DNA from: Candidatus Hydrogenedentota bacterium
GTDB lineage: Bacteria; Hydrogenedentota; Hydrogenedentia; Hydrogenedentales; CAITNO01
Length of the DNA: 64,000 nucleotides
Reading direction: 5' to 3'
NCBI GenBank assembly: GCA_012523015.1
Contig: JAAYJI010000005.1
Coordinates: 871 to 64,870, forward strand
The position numbers were made by a program, and so were the translations under genes. Below are positions 17,984-27,873 of the stretch, piece after piece (within the stretch, counting starts at the first letter, position 1; each line of letters begins with the position of its first letter). The notes below the pieces were generated by a model. That model searched no databases and was not told the DNA's origin. It saw only the letters and a program-made list of their open reading frames with translations.

Positions 17984-20782
17984 TTATTGATTCATGATAA
18001 ACACACCACTATATCCCAAGGGAATATAGGCGGTATGGTCGACAAAAGAAATCTTCCACGGATAAGACATGGTCGATTCCAGCGCTTTCAATTCAGGATT
18101 CGAGCCGCTGAAATCGTATTGAGCAATGACGGTTCCCGAAACGGTCAAATACAGATGATTTGCGTGTGCGCCCAAGAGTGTACACCATTCCGTGCTTACG
18201 GGTTTTTGTGCCGTCAATTCGATCATACCTTCTTGGGTCAAAATATACTTGCCGATGTGATACGACAGGTTACTGTCTCTATCGGTGTCATTTGTCGTGG
18301 AAGTAGACACGTCCCCGTCAAGCGTTTCATCAACCGTATAGGGCATACCGACGAAATATAGCTTCTCTTCATCAGGCATAAAACTCTGGTAGTCAGATTC
18401 CAAGACGACCGTGTCAACCAACGCAGCCCGGCTGTCTGAAAGGATGACCGAATGGAGCACTGTGGCAAGGGTATTGTCCTTGTTGTATTGGTGATCTTTA
18501 AAGTATGCGTAATTCGTACCCGTCACCCTGTGAATGATAAGTCCGGGCACATTGATGCGTTGCCCCAGCGTGCGGTCAAAGGGATTGAGCGATTGCAGAA
18601 AATAGGCGCACCGGGGCTGCATGCTGTTGGCACTATAAAGCGTGTCGTAGGAGCTGATATAAATCAAATGACCTTCCGCCGTAACTTGCTCTATATTCTG
18701 TGTGCCTAAGCTTAGATAATGGGGAGCTGCGGGATCGGCAAGATCCAAGACTGCAAAAATATGTTCAAAGCGCGTCCTCCACCAATCTGACTGAGAACGG
18801 CCTCCGTGAAGGACAAGGAAATCACCGGCTAAGAAAGCGGTGTTTCCTGAGTAATAACCGTTAGTATAGGGTCGGTAAAACATGCCTTCTGCGGGATATA
18901 TACCGCCCCAATACCCCCACCCCCAAAGGGGCTCAATATCTGCGACCCAATTCCCGATTTCGACGGGGTGAAAAACGTCACTGAAATCGACCAAACTGAT
19001 TTCATAGCGGGCGCTGTATTCGGGTTCATAGCCGTAGGCCTTCGTGACCAAAACAATACTGTTATGCCAAGGGAAAGCCTGAGACAGTTCTGTATTTTTC
19101 AAGACGAATGTGCCCGCCTCTTCTCCGCCCGGATGAGACAGGGCACGCAATACCGTTTCTTGACGTCCGTGGGGCGCCAAAAGTTCGACGATCGCGCCAT
19201 TTTCCAGAAGCAGCACATCAATGATATTTTCCGCAAGGACAAGATTGTTTTTTACAACAGGCAGAGATAAGTCCGATCCGTCAATGATGGCAAGTTCTTC
19301 TTGAGTCACGCCATAAAACAAATTATCATAGGCAAAGGAACGCACAATTTCAGATTGCACATCAACGCGGCCGCGCACCGTCAAGCGGTCACGCTGCCAC
19401 GAAACAAATTGCAGACGGTTATAAGGTTTGTCCTCTTCTTTGTTAAAACCGCTTACGGGGATCAGCAAGATATCATCGAAAATGGAGAGGGATTTGACGT
19501 CATTATAGGCGGATGACCAAGACCACTCGTCGCCGAAACTGACATAGTCAAGCCGTTTAGGGGCCGCCGGATCGTGTACATCAAAGAGGCTTACCATAAC
19601 ACGGCGCCCTTCAGAATCATCCACGCCAAGCGCAATTAACCGATCGCCCCGTGTTTCAATATGCGTAGACCATCCGGGCACTTCCAATTCACCTGCCACG
19701 TATGGATTTCGCGGGTCTGTTAAGTCGACGATAAAAAGGGGATCCACGTTGAAATAAGTGACGATATAGGCCCGAGGACCATCGAAACGGGTGGCGAAAA
19801 GACTGTCGCCTTCAGCACTTTCGAGGGCAGTCTGCCCCAATTGTATCAGGCTGTCGGGATTGGTAATATCAAAAACGGTCACAATCGTTTGACGGTTTTG
19901 TCCCCATGTATTAGTCACGGTTCGCAAACTACCCTGCCAAGCATCCATTTTGAAACGATCTGCCATATACCCGGGCACTATAGTGGAGCCGCGCAGCATG
20001 ATTTTCCCTTTTGGATCACTAATATCCACGTAGTCAATGCGGCTGTTTCCGCTGCCATAATCGTGGCTTACGGTGAAAATGGCGTTCTCCGTAGCGTAAA
20101 TAAGGTTTCCGTATCCTTCAAAGAGAAGTTGGTCAGCCACGTAGATATTTTCCGGGGTAGTAATGTTAATGGCTGTCGCGCCGGTGGTGCCGTAGGATAC
20201 GGTTTCGGAGTCGGCACTTGTCCCGTCTTGGCTGTATTCGTACCAACTGTAATCGCTTGTGACCACATAGAGGGTATTCCCCACCATGCGGCTGTCGACA
20301 AGATCGCCATCAAACCCGAAAGTGCCGCGGGTCGTGATCTTCGTCGGGTCGTTGATATCCAGCACATAGAGCATGGAGCCATACGTGACACGGATGAGTT
20401 CATTCTCTACAGAGACATTACGTGCGTAACTGACCAACACGTAAGCCTGATCATTGACCAAATATAAATCACGGGGATAACCGTTTACAGGCGTCTGTGA
20501 TAACAGCTCTTCCCGTGCCATATCCACAATGGTCAATCCTCTGTATTGATTCAAAATGAATAAAAGATCTCCGGAACGGCGGATGACATCCGGTTCCACT
20601 AATTCCCGGTCGGAATGCTCTTCCTCATTTGCCTCAGGGGAACCGTCTAATGCACCCCAAACAAACTCACGCATAGTCGTGTTGAGATTTGCACTGGTAA
20701 ATTGAAGGTCTTTGTCCGAGCACCCGGCCAAGACACCCATCACTACAGACGCTACGACTGAGAAAGAAAAGATGAATCGCAT
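17984..20782 (-). CDS. Large lipoprotein (about 930 aa), probably a beta-propeller repeat cell-surface protein; function unknown.
   Basis: Signal peptide with lipobox LAGC (MRFIFSFSVVASVVMGVLAGC); long Y/G/D/T-rich beta-strand-like repeats. Start placed at the ATG of MRFIF, which has an AAGGGA RBS, rather than the upstream MEIRDLST start. Confidence 0.55.
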   Translation of the reverse strand: MRFIFSFSVVASVVMGVLAGCSDKDLQFTSANLNTTMREFVWGALDGSPEANEEEHSDRELVEPDVIRRSGDLLFILNQYRGLTIVDMAREELLSQTPVNGYPRDLYLVNDQAYVLVSYARNVSVENELIRVTYGSMLYVLDINDPTKITTRGTFGFDGDLVDSRMVGNTLYVVTSDYSWYEYSQDGTSADSETVSYGTTGATAINITTPENIYVADQLLFEGYGNLIYATENAIFTVSHDYGSGNSRIDYVDISDPKGKIMLRGSTIVPGYMADRFKMDAWQGSLRTVTNTWGQNRQTIVTVFDITNPDSLIQLGQTALESAEGDSLFATRFDGPRAYIVTYFNVDPLFIVDLTDPRNPYVAGELEVPGWSTHIETRGDRLIALGVDDSEGRRVMVSLFDVHDPAAPKRLDYVSFGDEWSWSSAYNDVKSLSIFDDILLIPVSGFNKEEDKPYNRLQFVSWQRDRLTVRGRVDVQSEIVRSFAYDNLFYGVTQEELAIIDGSDLSLPVVKNNLVLAENIIDVLLLENGAIVELLAPHGRQETVLRALSHPGGEEAGTFVLKNTELSQAFPWHNSIVLVTKAYGYEPEYSARYEISLVDFSDVFHPVEIGNWVADIEPLWGWGYWGGIYPAEGMFYRPYTNGYYSGNTAFLAGDFLVLHGGRSQSDWWRTRFEHIFAVLDLADPAAPHYLSLGTQNIEQVTAEGHLIYISSYDTLYSANSMQPRCAYFLQSLNPFDRTLGQRINVPGLIIHRVTGTNYAYFKDHQYNKDNTLATVLHSVILSDSRAALVDTVVLESDYQSFMPDEEKLYFVGMPYTVDETLDGDVSTSTTNDTDRDSNLSYHIGKYILTQEGMIELTAQKPVSTEWCTLLGAHANHLYLTVSGTVIAQYDFSGSNPELKALESTMSYPWKISFVDHTAYIPLGYSGVFIMNQ

Positions 20783-20948
20783 TGTACTCAAGTCCCTTAT
20801 TTCCATCGTTGTGGAGAATCATCACTTCAGTATGTAAATCCCAAAGGGATTATTATCCATCTGTATTGCGTGGAAAGACAAACACAGGAGCACGTATAAC
20901 CTACTCCCATATTCATTATACAATCGAGTACAAACTATGTGTCAGATT

Positions 20949-22403
20949 TTAACGGAATTGGATGGCATATAGATCGGCGTCTTTCAAGACAAGGTGCAGG
21001 CGTATGGGCGTGCCCGCCAAGGCACGGATATCCTCCTTGTCTTGCCAGGCTATGGGTTGATCCACCATATTGCCAATAATTTCCGGGCAATCGTCTAAGC
21101 CGTAGCCGTCAATGGCTGAACCGTCCTCATGGAGCAATGCCACGCGGATGGATCCGGCGGCGGATGTGCTGAAATTCATATAGAGTGCCGTTCCCGTAAA
21201 AAGTAGGGGTTTCGTGGTCATACTTCCGCCGTCATAGCCGGCGCGTAGGCTCACAAAACCATCGGGCCGCATGCTGTAACGATCAAGCCTCGCCGTCGGC
21301 TGCCCGTAATTGTGCTGGATATAAAAGGACATTTCAGTCTCACCCGTAGGAACAATACCCCAAGCGGGATAGTTGGTTCGTGAGGTCCAATTTTCCAAAC
21401 CGATGCCGGGCCGTATGAAGCCTTCCATAAAAGTGCGTGTGTAGTGATTGCCGCCGCGGCTCGTGATTAGCACATTATCGGAACAGTCCTTGTAGTACCC
21501 CTCCTCAATGCCCAGCTTGCGTGCTGCCTCTTCCGATACCACGCGCCGTCCCGGCATGAAGCGTGCCGCCAAGGAAACATAAATATGGGGAGCACGATAG
21601 TAAGCGAGGGTCTGGTTCGTATAGAGTTCTTCGGGAGGACGGTCACCTGCATCCATCACGACAGGTGCGCTCCAATGCCTGAAATCGGGAGAGGTGCAGC
21701 GGCTGACCCAACGATAGCCCTTGTAATCGCCTTCCGACCAGCTCCGGAAATAACAGACATAACAGGATTCTGATTCCGACCAAAACGCCACGTTCTGAGA
21801 ATCAAAAGCGCCTTCCGTGATCATAGCTTCTTCCGTTTTATGCCACCGGAAGCCGTCTTCCGAAGCGAAACCACTGAGTCCTGTTGAAGAAGTGCCTGCC
21901 AGCGCGAGATAGCGTTCCTCCGCCGGTGCTCCGGGGCGTATATTAAGAAAGGGACTGAAGTTGTGGGAGTAGGGTGCATGCCCCGCCAAAACCACATTAT
22001 TTTCGCTGCTGTTCCGCACGGTAAAGAGTTTCAGCTTCGGTTTATTCCAAAGGATGCCGTCGCTGCTTTCCGCGTAACAGGTGACCTCATTTTGAGAGCC
22101 GTCCTTGCCCGCTTCCGGTAAGCCTCGATAATACATGCGGTAAAGGCGCTGCCCATCATCCCAAAATACCGTAACGTAGCCGCAATAGCGTCCTTCCCAA
22201 GCTTCATCAAAGAGCAGTGCAGTGCCTTTATGTTCCGGCACCCCCATAACGAGCTGTGTCCCTTCCATGGCGTCGATTAGAAAATCGTCGACGAAGAGTT
22301 CCCGTTTGGAAGCAATGTCAAGAGGAGAAGCGAAAGCCTGCGTCCCCAATGCGATACACAGCAACAGTCCCACTATCTCCCAAAAAGCTGAAAATAAGCG
22401 CAT
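20949..22403 (-). CDS. Secreted glycoside-hydrolase-like protein (five-bladed beta-propeller type, GH43/GH32/GH117-like); exact family uncertain.
   Basis: N-terminal signal peptide (LLLCIALGTQAFA); aromatic/acidic-rich repeated blades (W..D.G..Y.Y.. patterns) typical of propeller glycosidases. Confidence 0.45.
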   Translation of the reverse strand: MRLFSAFWEIVGLLLCIALGTQAFASPLDIASKRELFVDDFLIDAMEGTQLVMGVPEHKGTALLFDEAWEGRYCGYVTVFWDDGQRLYRMYYRGLPEAGKDGSQNEVTCYAESSDGILWNKPKLKLFTVRNSSENNVVLAGHAPYSHNFSPFLNIRPGAPAEERYLALAGTSSTGLSGFASEDGFRWHKTEEAMITEGAFDSQNVAFWSESESCYVCYFRSWSEGDYKGYRWVSRCTSPDFRHWSAPVVMDAGDRPPEELYTNQTLAYYRAPHIYVSLAARFMPGRRVVSEEAARKLGIEEGYYKDCSDNVLITSRGGNHYTRTFMEGFIRPGIGLENWTSRTNYPAWGIVPTGETEMSFYIQHNYGQPTARLDRYSMRPDGFVSLRAGYDGGSMTTKPLLFTGTALYMNFSTSAAGSIRVALLHEDGSAIDGYGLDDCPEIIGNMVDQPIAWQDKEDIRALAGTPIRLHLVLKDADLYAIQFR

Positions 22404-22521
22404 GCCGTGTCTCCTGATCTAGGTGATATCTTCGATCTGTTATTACTGTACTTTGATCATAGCACAGCGGCGGGGTAAATCGCGTATTTCACGAAGGTTT
22501 TTATGCTATAGGCGCTTCGTT

Positions 22522-23310
22522 TCAGCCTTCGAAATGATGATCCATTTCGAGGGAGGGCTGCGCAAAGGATTCTTTGCCGATGGGATGGGCGGGTATGCCT
22601 GCCACCGTGGTGTGGGGCGGCACATCTTCTAATACGACGGCGCCGGCAGCGATCTTAGCGCCCTCGCCAATTTCGATATTGCCCAGTACTTTTGCACCTG
22701 TGGAAATCAAGACACCTCGGCGCACTTTCGGATGGCGGTCGCCTTGTTCTTTGCCTGTTCCGCCTAAGGTCACCCCATGGAGCATGGACACGTTTTCACC
22801 CACTACGGCGGTCTCGCCGATGACAACGCCTGTGGCATGATCGATAAAGCAGCCTTTGCCCAATTGCGCCGCAGGGTGGGCGTCAACACCAAACATTTCA
22901 GAGATACGGCTTTGCAGAAACAACGCTAAATGAATGCGTTCTTTATGCCAATAATAATGGGCGATACGCTGGGCTTGAATCGATAAAAACCCCTTAAAGT
23001 ATAAGAGCGGCTGTGAATATTTGCGGCACGCCGGGTCACGGCCGTAGACTGCCAATAAATCTGCTCGGGCGAATTGACCCAATTGTTGTTCTGCGTCATA
23101 GGCCTCTTCGATTAGGTCGCGAAGAGACAGTGCAGGCAAAGTGGCGCTTTCCAATTTGCTTGCCAATTGAAAGCCTAAAGCGTCTTCAAAGGTTTTATGA
23201 TTGAGGATGGTAGTGTGCAAAAAGCTCGCCAATAATGGTTCACGCCAAGCGCCTTCTGTTGCTTCAGCACGAATTTGTTCCCACAAACTATCGGGGGTAA
23301 CCGTTTCCAT
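22522..23310 (-). CDS. cysE: Serine O-acetyltransferase.
   Basis: N-terminal SATase helical domain plus a left-handed beta-helix with hexapeptide repeats (GVDAHPAAQLGKGCFIDHATGVVIGETAVVGENVSMLHGVTLGG...), characteristic of CysE. Confidence 0.9.
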   Translation of the reverse strand: METVTPDSLWEQIRAEATEGAWREPLLASFLHTTILNHKTFEDALGFQLASKLESATLPALSLRDLIEEAYDAEQQLGQFARADLLAVYGRDPACRKYSQPLLYFKGFLSIQAQRIAHYYWHKERIHLALFLQSRISEMFGVDAHPAAQLGKGCFIDHATGVVIGETAVVGENVSMLHGVTLGGTGKEQGDRHPKVRRGVLISTGAKVLGNIEIGEGAKIAAGAVVLEDVPPHTTVAGIPAHPIGKESFAQPSLEMDHHFEG

Positions 23311-23521
23311 AAAATGTATAATAATCCTTTATAAGCTAGTCTGCTTCAATTCAATCAGAGGGGATCGGGAGGGCTCCGAGCACAAGCCTGTTTTAGACAA
23401 GGCGAAACGCTCCGGTCATGAACCGCTTTTTGTGCCGCTATGGATCAGGCGGCAACAGTGCGGACGCCGCCGCTGCCCGGCAGCGGTCGCAAGGAGCCTT
23501 TGCAATGAGCCCCTTGGGTAC

Positions 23522-23836
23522 TCAAGCACCTTTCTCTGAGTCGGGAGCCTTAGCAACTGTACTTTTCGCCTTGGCTTTTGGCTTCGCTTTTGCCTTTGGT
23601 TTTGCCTTGGCTTTGGCAGGCGCTTTCACACGTTTGGGCAAAGAAACATAAAAGGTTTTGAGCAGTTCCAGAAGTTCCCCCAGACACAGACGCAATTCTT
23701 CGTCGTCGTTAATGCCCAGCGCAGCAGCGGCATCACAAAATTGTTGCCATTTCTCGTGATCCCACATCCCTTTGTTTTTTACGACAAAATTACTTGCGAG
23801 TTTTGCCAGTTGTTCAATCGTGTACGGTTCGGCCAT
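23522..23836 (-). CDS. Small basic protein with a histone-H1-like Lys/Ala/Pro-rich C-terminal tail; hypothetical nucleoid-associated or DNA-binding protein.
   Basis: 104 aa: an N-terminal 65-aa helical acidic domain followed by KRVKAPAKAKAKPKAKAKPKAKAKSTVAKAP. The DNA shows the matching GCC/TTT/GGC periodicity. Co-directional with and 211 nt upstream of cysE. Confidence 0.5.
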   Translation of the reverse strand: MAEPYTIEQLAKLASNFVVKNKGMWDHEKWQQFCDAAAALGINDDEELRLCLGELLELLKTFYVSLPKRVKAPAKAKAKPKAKAKPKAKAKSTVAKAPDSEKGA

Positions 23837-24493
23837 GTATAGGGCTCCTTTTATTTTGGGCAGGCGAAGCGATTACCTCATAGCGGTAAAAGACCTGTCC
23901 ACATACAATTCTTAAACACATTTAAATGTATTCATAGTCACTATTATACACTATGCAGAATTTCCAAGTTTGGGCAAGGGTCAGTCTCTCCAGGTCGGGA
24001 TAACATTAGGGCGAGGAATACTGTGTTTTCCTCGGTGTAACCTTTTGATTCGAAACAATAGCCTATGCGTGTTATAGCAGCAAATATTCCTATATAAGAA
24101 ACACACGGAGGAATTCTTATTATTCCGTATATATACAGCGTCCTTCCGTCGGAATGCAACGACCGCTACCGTACTGCAAATTTTTTCAAATAATCTTTTC
24201 ATAAAATGTCTATCATTCTAATTATCTTGATATGATCATAAAAAGGCTTTTACCGGCAGCGGAGGACACAAAAATACCCGGATGATCTATCCTAACGATA
24301 GAAATACTTATGTGGATTGGGATTTTGAAGATACTTAGGTGCACGACACGGAGGTTGCTGTTAATGGTGGTTATCCCTATTTGAAAACACTCCCGCCCAT
24401 ACCGGAAAATAAGACGAAATAGAAAATACAGTCCCCTGCAGCCGATGCTGCAGGACTCATGCTAAGAGCGTATCCGCTCCAAGGGAAAATAAA

Positions 24494-26569
24494 ATGAATA
24501 CGACCAAGTCCGTCGCCCATCTTTTTATAGTGCTTTTGTTGCTGCTGAGTTCATCAACGCTCTTTGCCGACTTCTTTGTTGCGCCTGATGGTGCCGATGA
24601 TAATCCGGGAACAGAACAGGCTCCTTTTCGAAGTCTTGAAAAGGCACGGGATGCCATCCGCGCATTAAAAAAAGAAGCAGGGCTTCCCGACGGCGGTGTT
24701 ACCGTTCATATTGCCGGCGGCACCTATGAACAGCGCCGTACGTTTGTTTTGACTGCTGAGGATTCCGGAACTGCTGCCGCCCCCATTCGTTATTGTGCCT
24801 TCGGAGCTGAAGCGCCTTGTTTTACGGGAGCCTTGCCGCTGCGCAACTTTAGGGCTGTTGACGATCCGGAGATTTTGGCAAGGCTGCCGGAATCAGCTCG
24901 GGAACATATACGTTGCGCCGATCTTGCTGAAGCGGGATTGGATGAGGTGCCTGCACTGCTGCTGGGTGGTTTTTCAAGTGGCAGGGGATTCGTAACCCAC
25001 CCGATCATGGAACTCTTCGTTGAGGATGTGCCCATGATACCGGCGCGTTGGCCCAACGAAGGCTTTATCTTTACCGGCGAAATCCAAGGGGACACAGTTC
25101 AAGCTGCGAAGGACGAGGCGGACACGCCTAAGGACGGTATTTTCAAATTTCTTGAAGAGCGTCCCTTGTCGTGGGTCAACGAGCCGGACCCTTGGCTTTA
25201 CGGCTATTGGTATTGGGACTGGGCTGATTCCTACGAAAAGATTGCGTCAATCGATGCTGAAAACCGTATCATTCGATTGGAGAAGCCGTGGCATGGTTAT
25301 GGTTACCGCGCCAAGCAGCGCTACTATGCGCTGAACCTGCTCTGTGAACTGGACATGCCCGGTGAATGGTATTTGGACAGGGCAGAGAAAAAGCTGTACC
25401 TCTATCCGAAACAGGATTTGGAGGGCGCAAGAGTGTCGCTTTCTGCCGCGCTCTTTTCGATGGTGCATGCAACAGACCTTGCCTACCTTTCCTTTGAAGG
25501 TATTCAATGGGAATGCGGCGCGGCAGACGGCATTCTTTTGGAAGGCGGTACTGCCTGCCGACTAGAAGGCTGTGTCATTCGTAAAATGGCGGGTAATGGT
25601 CTGGAGATCAACGGCGGCTTCGAACATCATGTTCAATCCTGCGACATTTATTCTATGGGCCGCGGCGGCATAGTGCTTAGCGGCGGCGATCGCAAAAGCT
25701 TGCGCCCGGGAAAACATCGAGTTGAAAACTGCCATATCCACCACCTGTCACGGATTGACCATTGTTATACGCCCGGAGTCTTGTTATCAGGTGTCGGCAA
25801 TGAGATCCGCCACTGTTTCATTCATGATGTGGCAAGCAGTGCTTTCCGCGTGGGCGGCAACGATCATCTGTTGGAATTTAACGAAATCTACAGAGCTGTA
25901 TTGGAATCCGATGATCAGGGCGGCGCTGATATGTGGGGCGATCCGACGTATTACGGAAACGTGTATCGCTACAATTATTGGCATCATTTGGGCAATCCGA
26001 AGAAAGATAAAGAAGATGCCCATTCTATGCAGGCAGGTATCCGTCTGGACGATGCCATTTGCGGCGTGGTTATAGAAGGCAATATCTTTCAACGTTGTTC
26101 CATGGCGCCTACCGTATTTGGCGGTGTACAGATTCACGGAGGAAAAGATAATTTAATTACGGGCAATCTCTTTGTAGACAATGCGGCTGCCGTCAGTTTT
26201 TCACCTTGGGGCGAGAAACGTTGGCATGCCTTTGTCGCAGATGCCCTTGACGCGGAAGAGATAGACCGCGCCCTCTATCTGGAGCGCTATCCCGCCTTGG
26301 CAAAACTCTTAGACGATCATGATTTTAATAGGGTTGAGAACAATGTGGTGTTGCGTTGTGATCAGCTTTTCCTTCGTGCTCCCGATGTTATCCAATCACG
26401 GGGCAACCGAGAGCTGCCCGACAGCGGCTTCATGAGAGAATCGGCGGAGGAACGACTCCACTGGTCGGAAAGCGAAGCGGCCGAACTCGGTCTGCAACAC
26501 ATCCCCTTTGAAAAGATCGGCTTATACAAGGATCGGTGGCGGAGCGAAGTGGTCAGAGCGGGAAATTAA
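24494..26569 (+). CDS. Secreted right-handed parallel beta-helix repeat protein (pectin-lyase fold), probable polysaccharide-active enzyme.
   Basis: Signal peptide (LLLLLSSSTLFA); the hallmark FVAPDGADDNPGTEQAPFRSLEKA N-terminus of beta-helix proteins; repeated G.N..I.-type coil motifs (NGLEINGG, GNEIRHCFIHD, IEGNIFQRC, ITGNLFVDN). Confidence 0.7.
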   Translation: MNTTKSVAHLFIVLLLLLSSSTLFADFFVAPDGADDNPGTEQAPFRSLEKARDAIRALKKEAGLPDGGVTVHIAGGTYEQRRTFVLTAEDSGTAAAPIRYCAFGAEAPCFTGALPLRNFRAVDDPEILARLPESAREHIRCADLAEAGLDEVPALLLGGFSSGRGFVTHPIMELFVEDVPMIPARWPNEGFIFTGEIQGDTVQAAKDEADTPKDGIFKFLEERPLSWVNEPDPWLYGYWYWDWADSYEKIASIDAENRIIRLEKPWHGYGYRAKQRYYALNLLCELDMPGEWYLDRAEKKLYLYPKQDLEGARVSLSAALFSMVHATDLAYLSFEGIQWECGAADGILLEGGTACRLEGCVIRKMAGNGLEINGGFEHHVQSCDIYSMGRGGIVLSGGDRKSLRPGKHRVENCHIHHLSRIDHCYTPGVLLSGVGNEIRHCFIHDVASSAFRVGGNDHLLEFNEIYRAVLESDDQGGADMWGDPTYYGNVYRYNYWHHLGNPKKDKEDAHSMQAGIRLDDAICGVVIEGNIFQRCSMAPTVFGGVQIHGGKDNLITGNLFVDNAAAVSFSPWGEKRWHAFVADALDAEEIDRALYLERYPALAKLLDDHDFNRVENNVVLRCDQLFLRAPDVIQSRGNRELPDSGFMRESAEERLHWSESEAAELGLQHIPFEKIGLYKDRWRSEVVRAGN

Positions 26570-26612
26570 CAAGGACTTGATCACAAAGCGCTTGCCGTCG
26601 GCAGGGATAAGG

Positions 26613-27821
26613 TTAGTCTTCGTCCGGCTTTTTTTCGGTCGCTATTTTCTTCTCAGTAAGGTTTAATCCGCGGCCCAGACCCATGGCATCAAAACCCAGT
26701 TTATCCCGTACTGCATCCACGCTTTGCATGACCCGTTCCCATTTCTTTTGTTGTTCGTGGTGGAACAAATCTAACTGATGCTGGTGGGCGCTTAGGGCGG
26801 AAAGATTCACCCCAATGAGGCGCACGCTGGCACGTCTGCTTTTCGCTTTAGGCACCAATGCAGCGATGGCGTCAAGCAAGGTCGTATCCAGGGAGGTGGA
26901 TTCGCTGAGCGACTTGGAGAAGGTTTTGGTCAAGAAATCACGATACCGTACTTTCAAGGTTACGCGCCGCGTCTCCAATCCTTCGCTGCGCATCGTATAG
27001 GCACAGTCCTCGACCAAGCGGAAGAGAACCGATTGGATGACTTCCCAATCCGTCAGATCTGATGAAAAGGTAGTTTCTCGGCTAATGGATTTGGGTTGGA
27101 CATTCAGCACGATCCGGTCGTCCCCTTCTCCCATGGCGGAGACGCGCAGGTGCCGCGCCAAATTCTCGCCCATACAGCGTTCGAGGAGTCCCGGCGGTAT
27201 TTCACGGAGCTGCTGCACGGTCATGATGCCCAATTGTTCGAGGGAGTCGCCCGTATGTTTGCCGACGCCCGGCAATACGCGCACAGATAGAGGCGCTAAA
27301 AATGCTTGTTCATCTCCCGGGTCAATGGTCAGACAGCAGTTAGGCTTCGCTTCGTTGGCAGCTATCTTGGCAACAGCTTTGTTGGAGGCGATCCCTATGG
27401 TTGCGGTGATTTGCTCCTGTTCCCAGATCATCTTTTTGATATGTGCGGCCAAAGCCTCTTCGCTGCCAAATAAATGAATGGAACCCGTAATATCCAAGTT
27501 TGCTTCATCAATGGATGCCATCTGCACTTGGGGCGTGACGCTTTCTAAGATGGCGTGAATGCGCCGTGATACCTTGCCGTACAATCCATGGCTACAGGGG
27601 ATAAAGACGGCTTGGGGGCACAGGCGTCGCGCTTGGGCGATGGGCATGGCGGAGCGCACGCCGAAATGGCGCGCTTCATAGGAGGCGCTGGTAACAACGC
27701 CACGGCTGTCACCGGCGCCTCCGCCCACAATAACAGGTTGACCGCGTAAGCTGGGGTTACGCGCGATTTCCACAGACGCGAAAAAGGCGTCCATATCAAT
27801 ATGAAGTAAACGGCGTTGCAT
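26613..27821 (-). CDS. dinB: DNA polymerase IV (Y-family translesion polymerase).
   Basis: Starts RLLHIDMDAFFASVE with catalytic DMDAFFAS; SIDEA motif; overall Y-family domain order including the little-finger region. Confidence 0.9.
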   Translation of the reverse strand: MQRRLLHIDMDAFFASVEIARNPSLRGQPVIVGGGAGDSRGVVTSASYEARHFGVRSAMPIAQARRLCPQAVFIPCSHGLYGKVSRRIHAILESVTPQVQMASIDEANLDITGSIHLFGSEEALAAHIKKMIWEQEQITATIGIASNKAVAKIAANEAKPNCCLTIDPGDEQAFLAPLSVRVLPGVGKHTGDSLEQLGIMTVQQLREIPPGLLERCMGENLARHLRVSAMGEGDDRIVLNVQPKSISRETTFSSDLTDWEVIQSVLFRLVEDCAYTMRSEGLETRRVTLKVRYRDFLTKTFSKSLSESTSLDTTLLDAIAALVPKAKSRRASVRLIGVNLSALSAHQHQLDLFHHEQQKKWERVMQSVDAVRDKLGFDAMGLGRGLNLTEKKIATEKKPDED

Positions 27822-27873
27822 GATTCAACATCAAGGGCGGTGTACGAAGAAAGGTTTAATACCTAGCTTCGGT

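Noticed and set aside
23560-23640. Short-period nucleotide repeats (gccttggcttttggcttcgcttttgcctttgg...) that look superficially like a repeat array.
   Set aside because: They are the coding sequence for the KAKAKPKAKAK tail of the 23522-23836 protein on the minus strand. There are no spacers or CRISPR-like repeat/spacer organisation.
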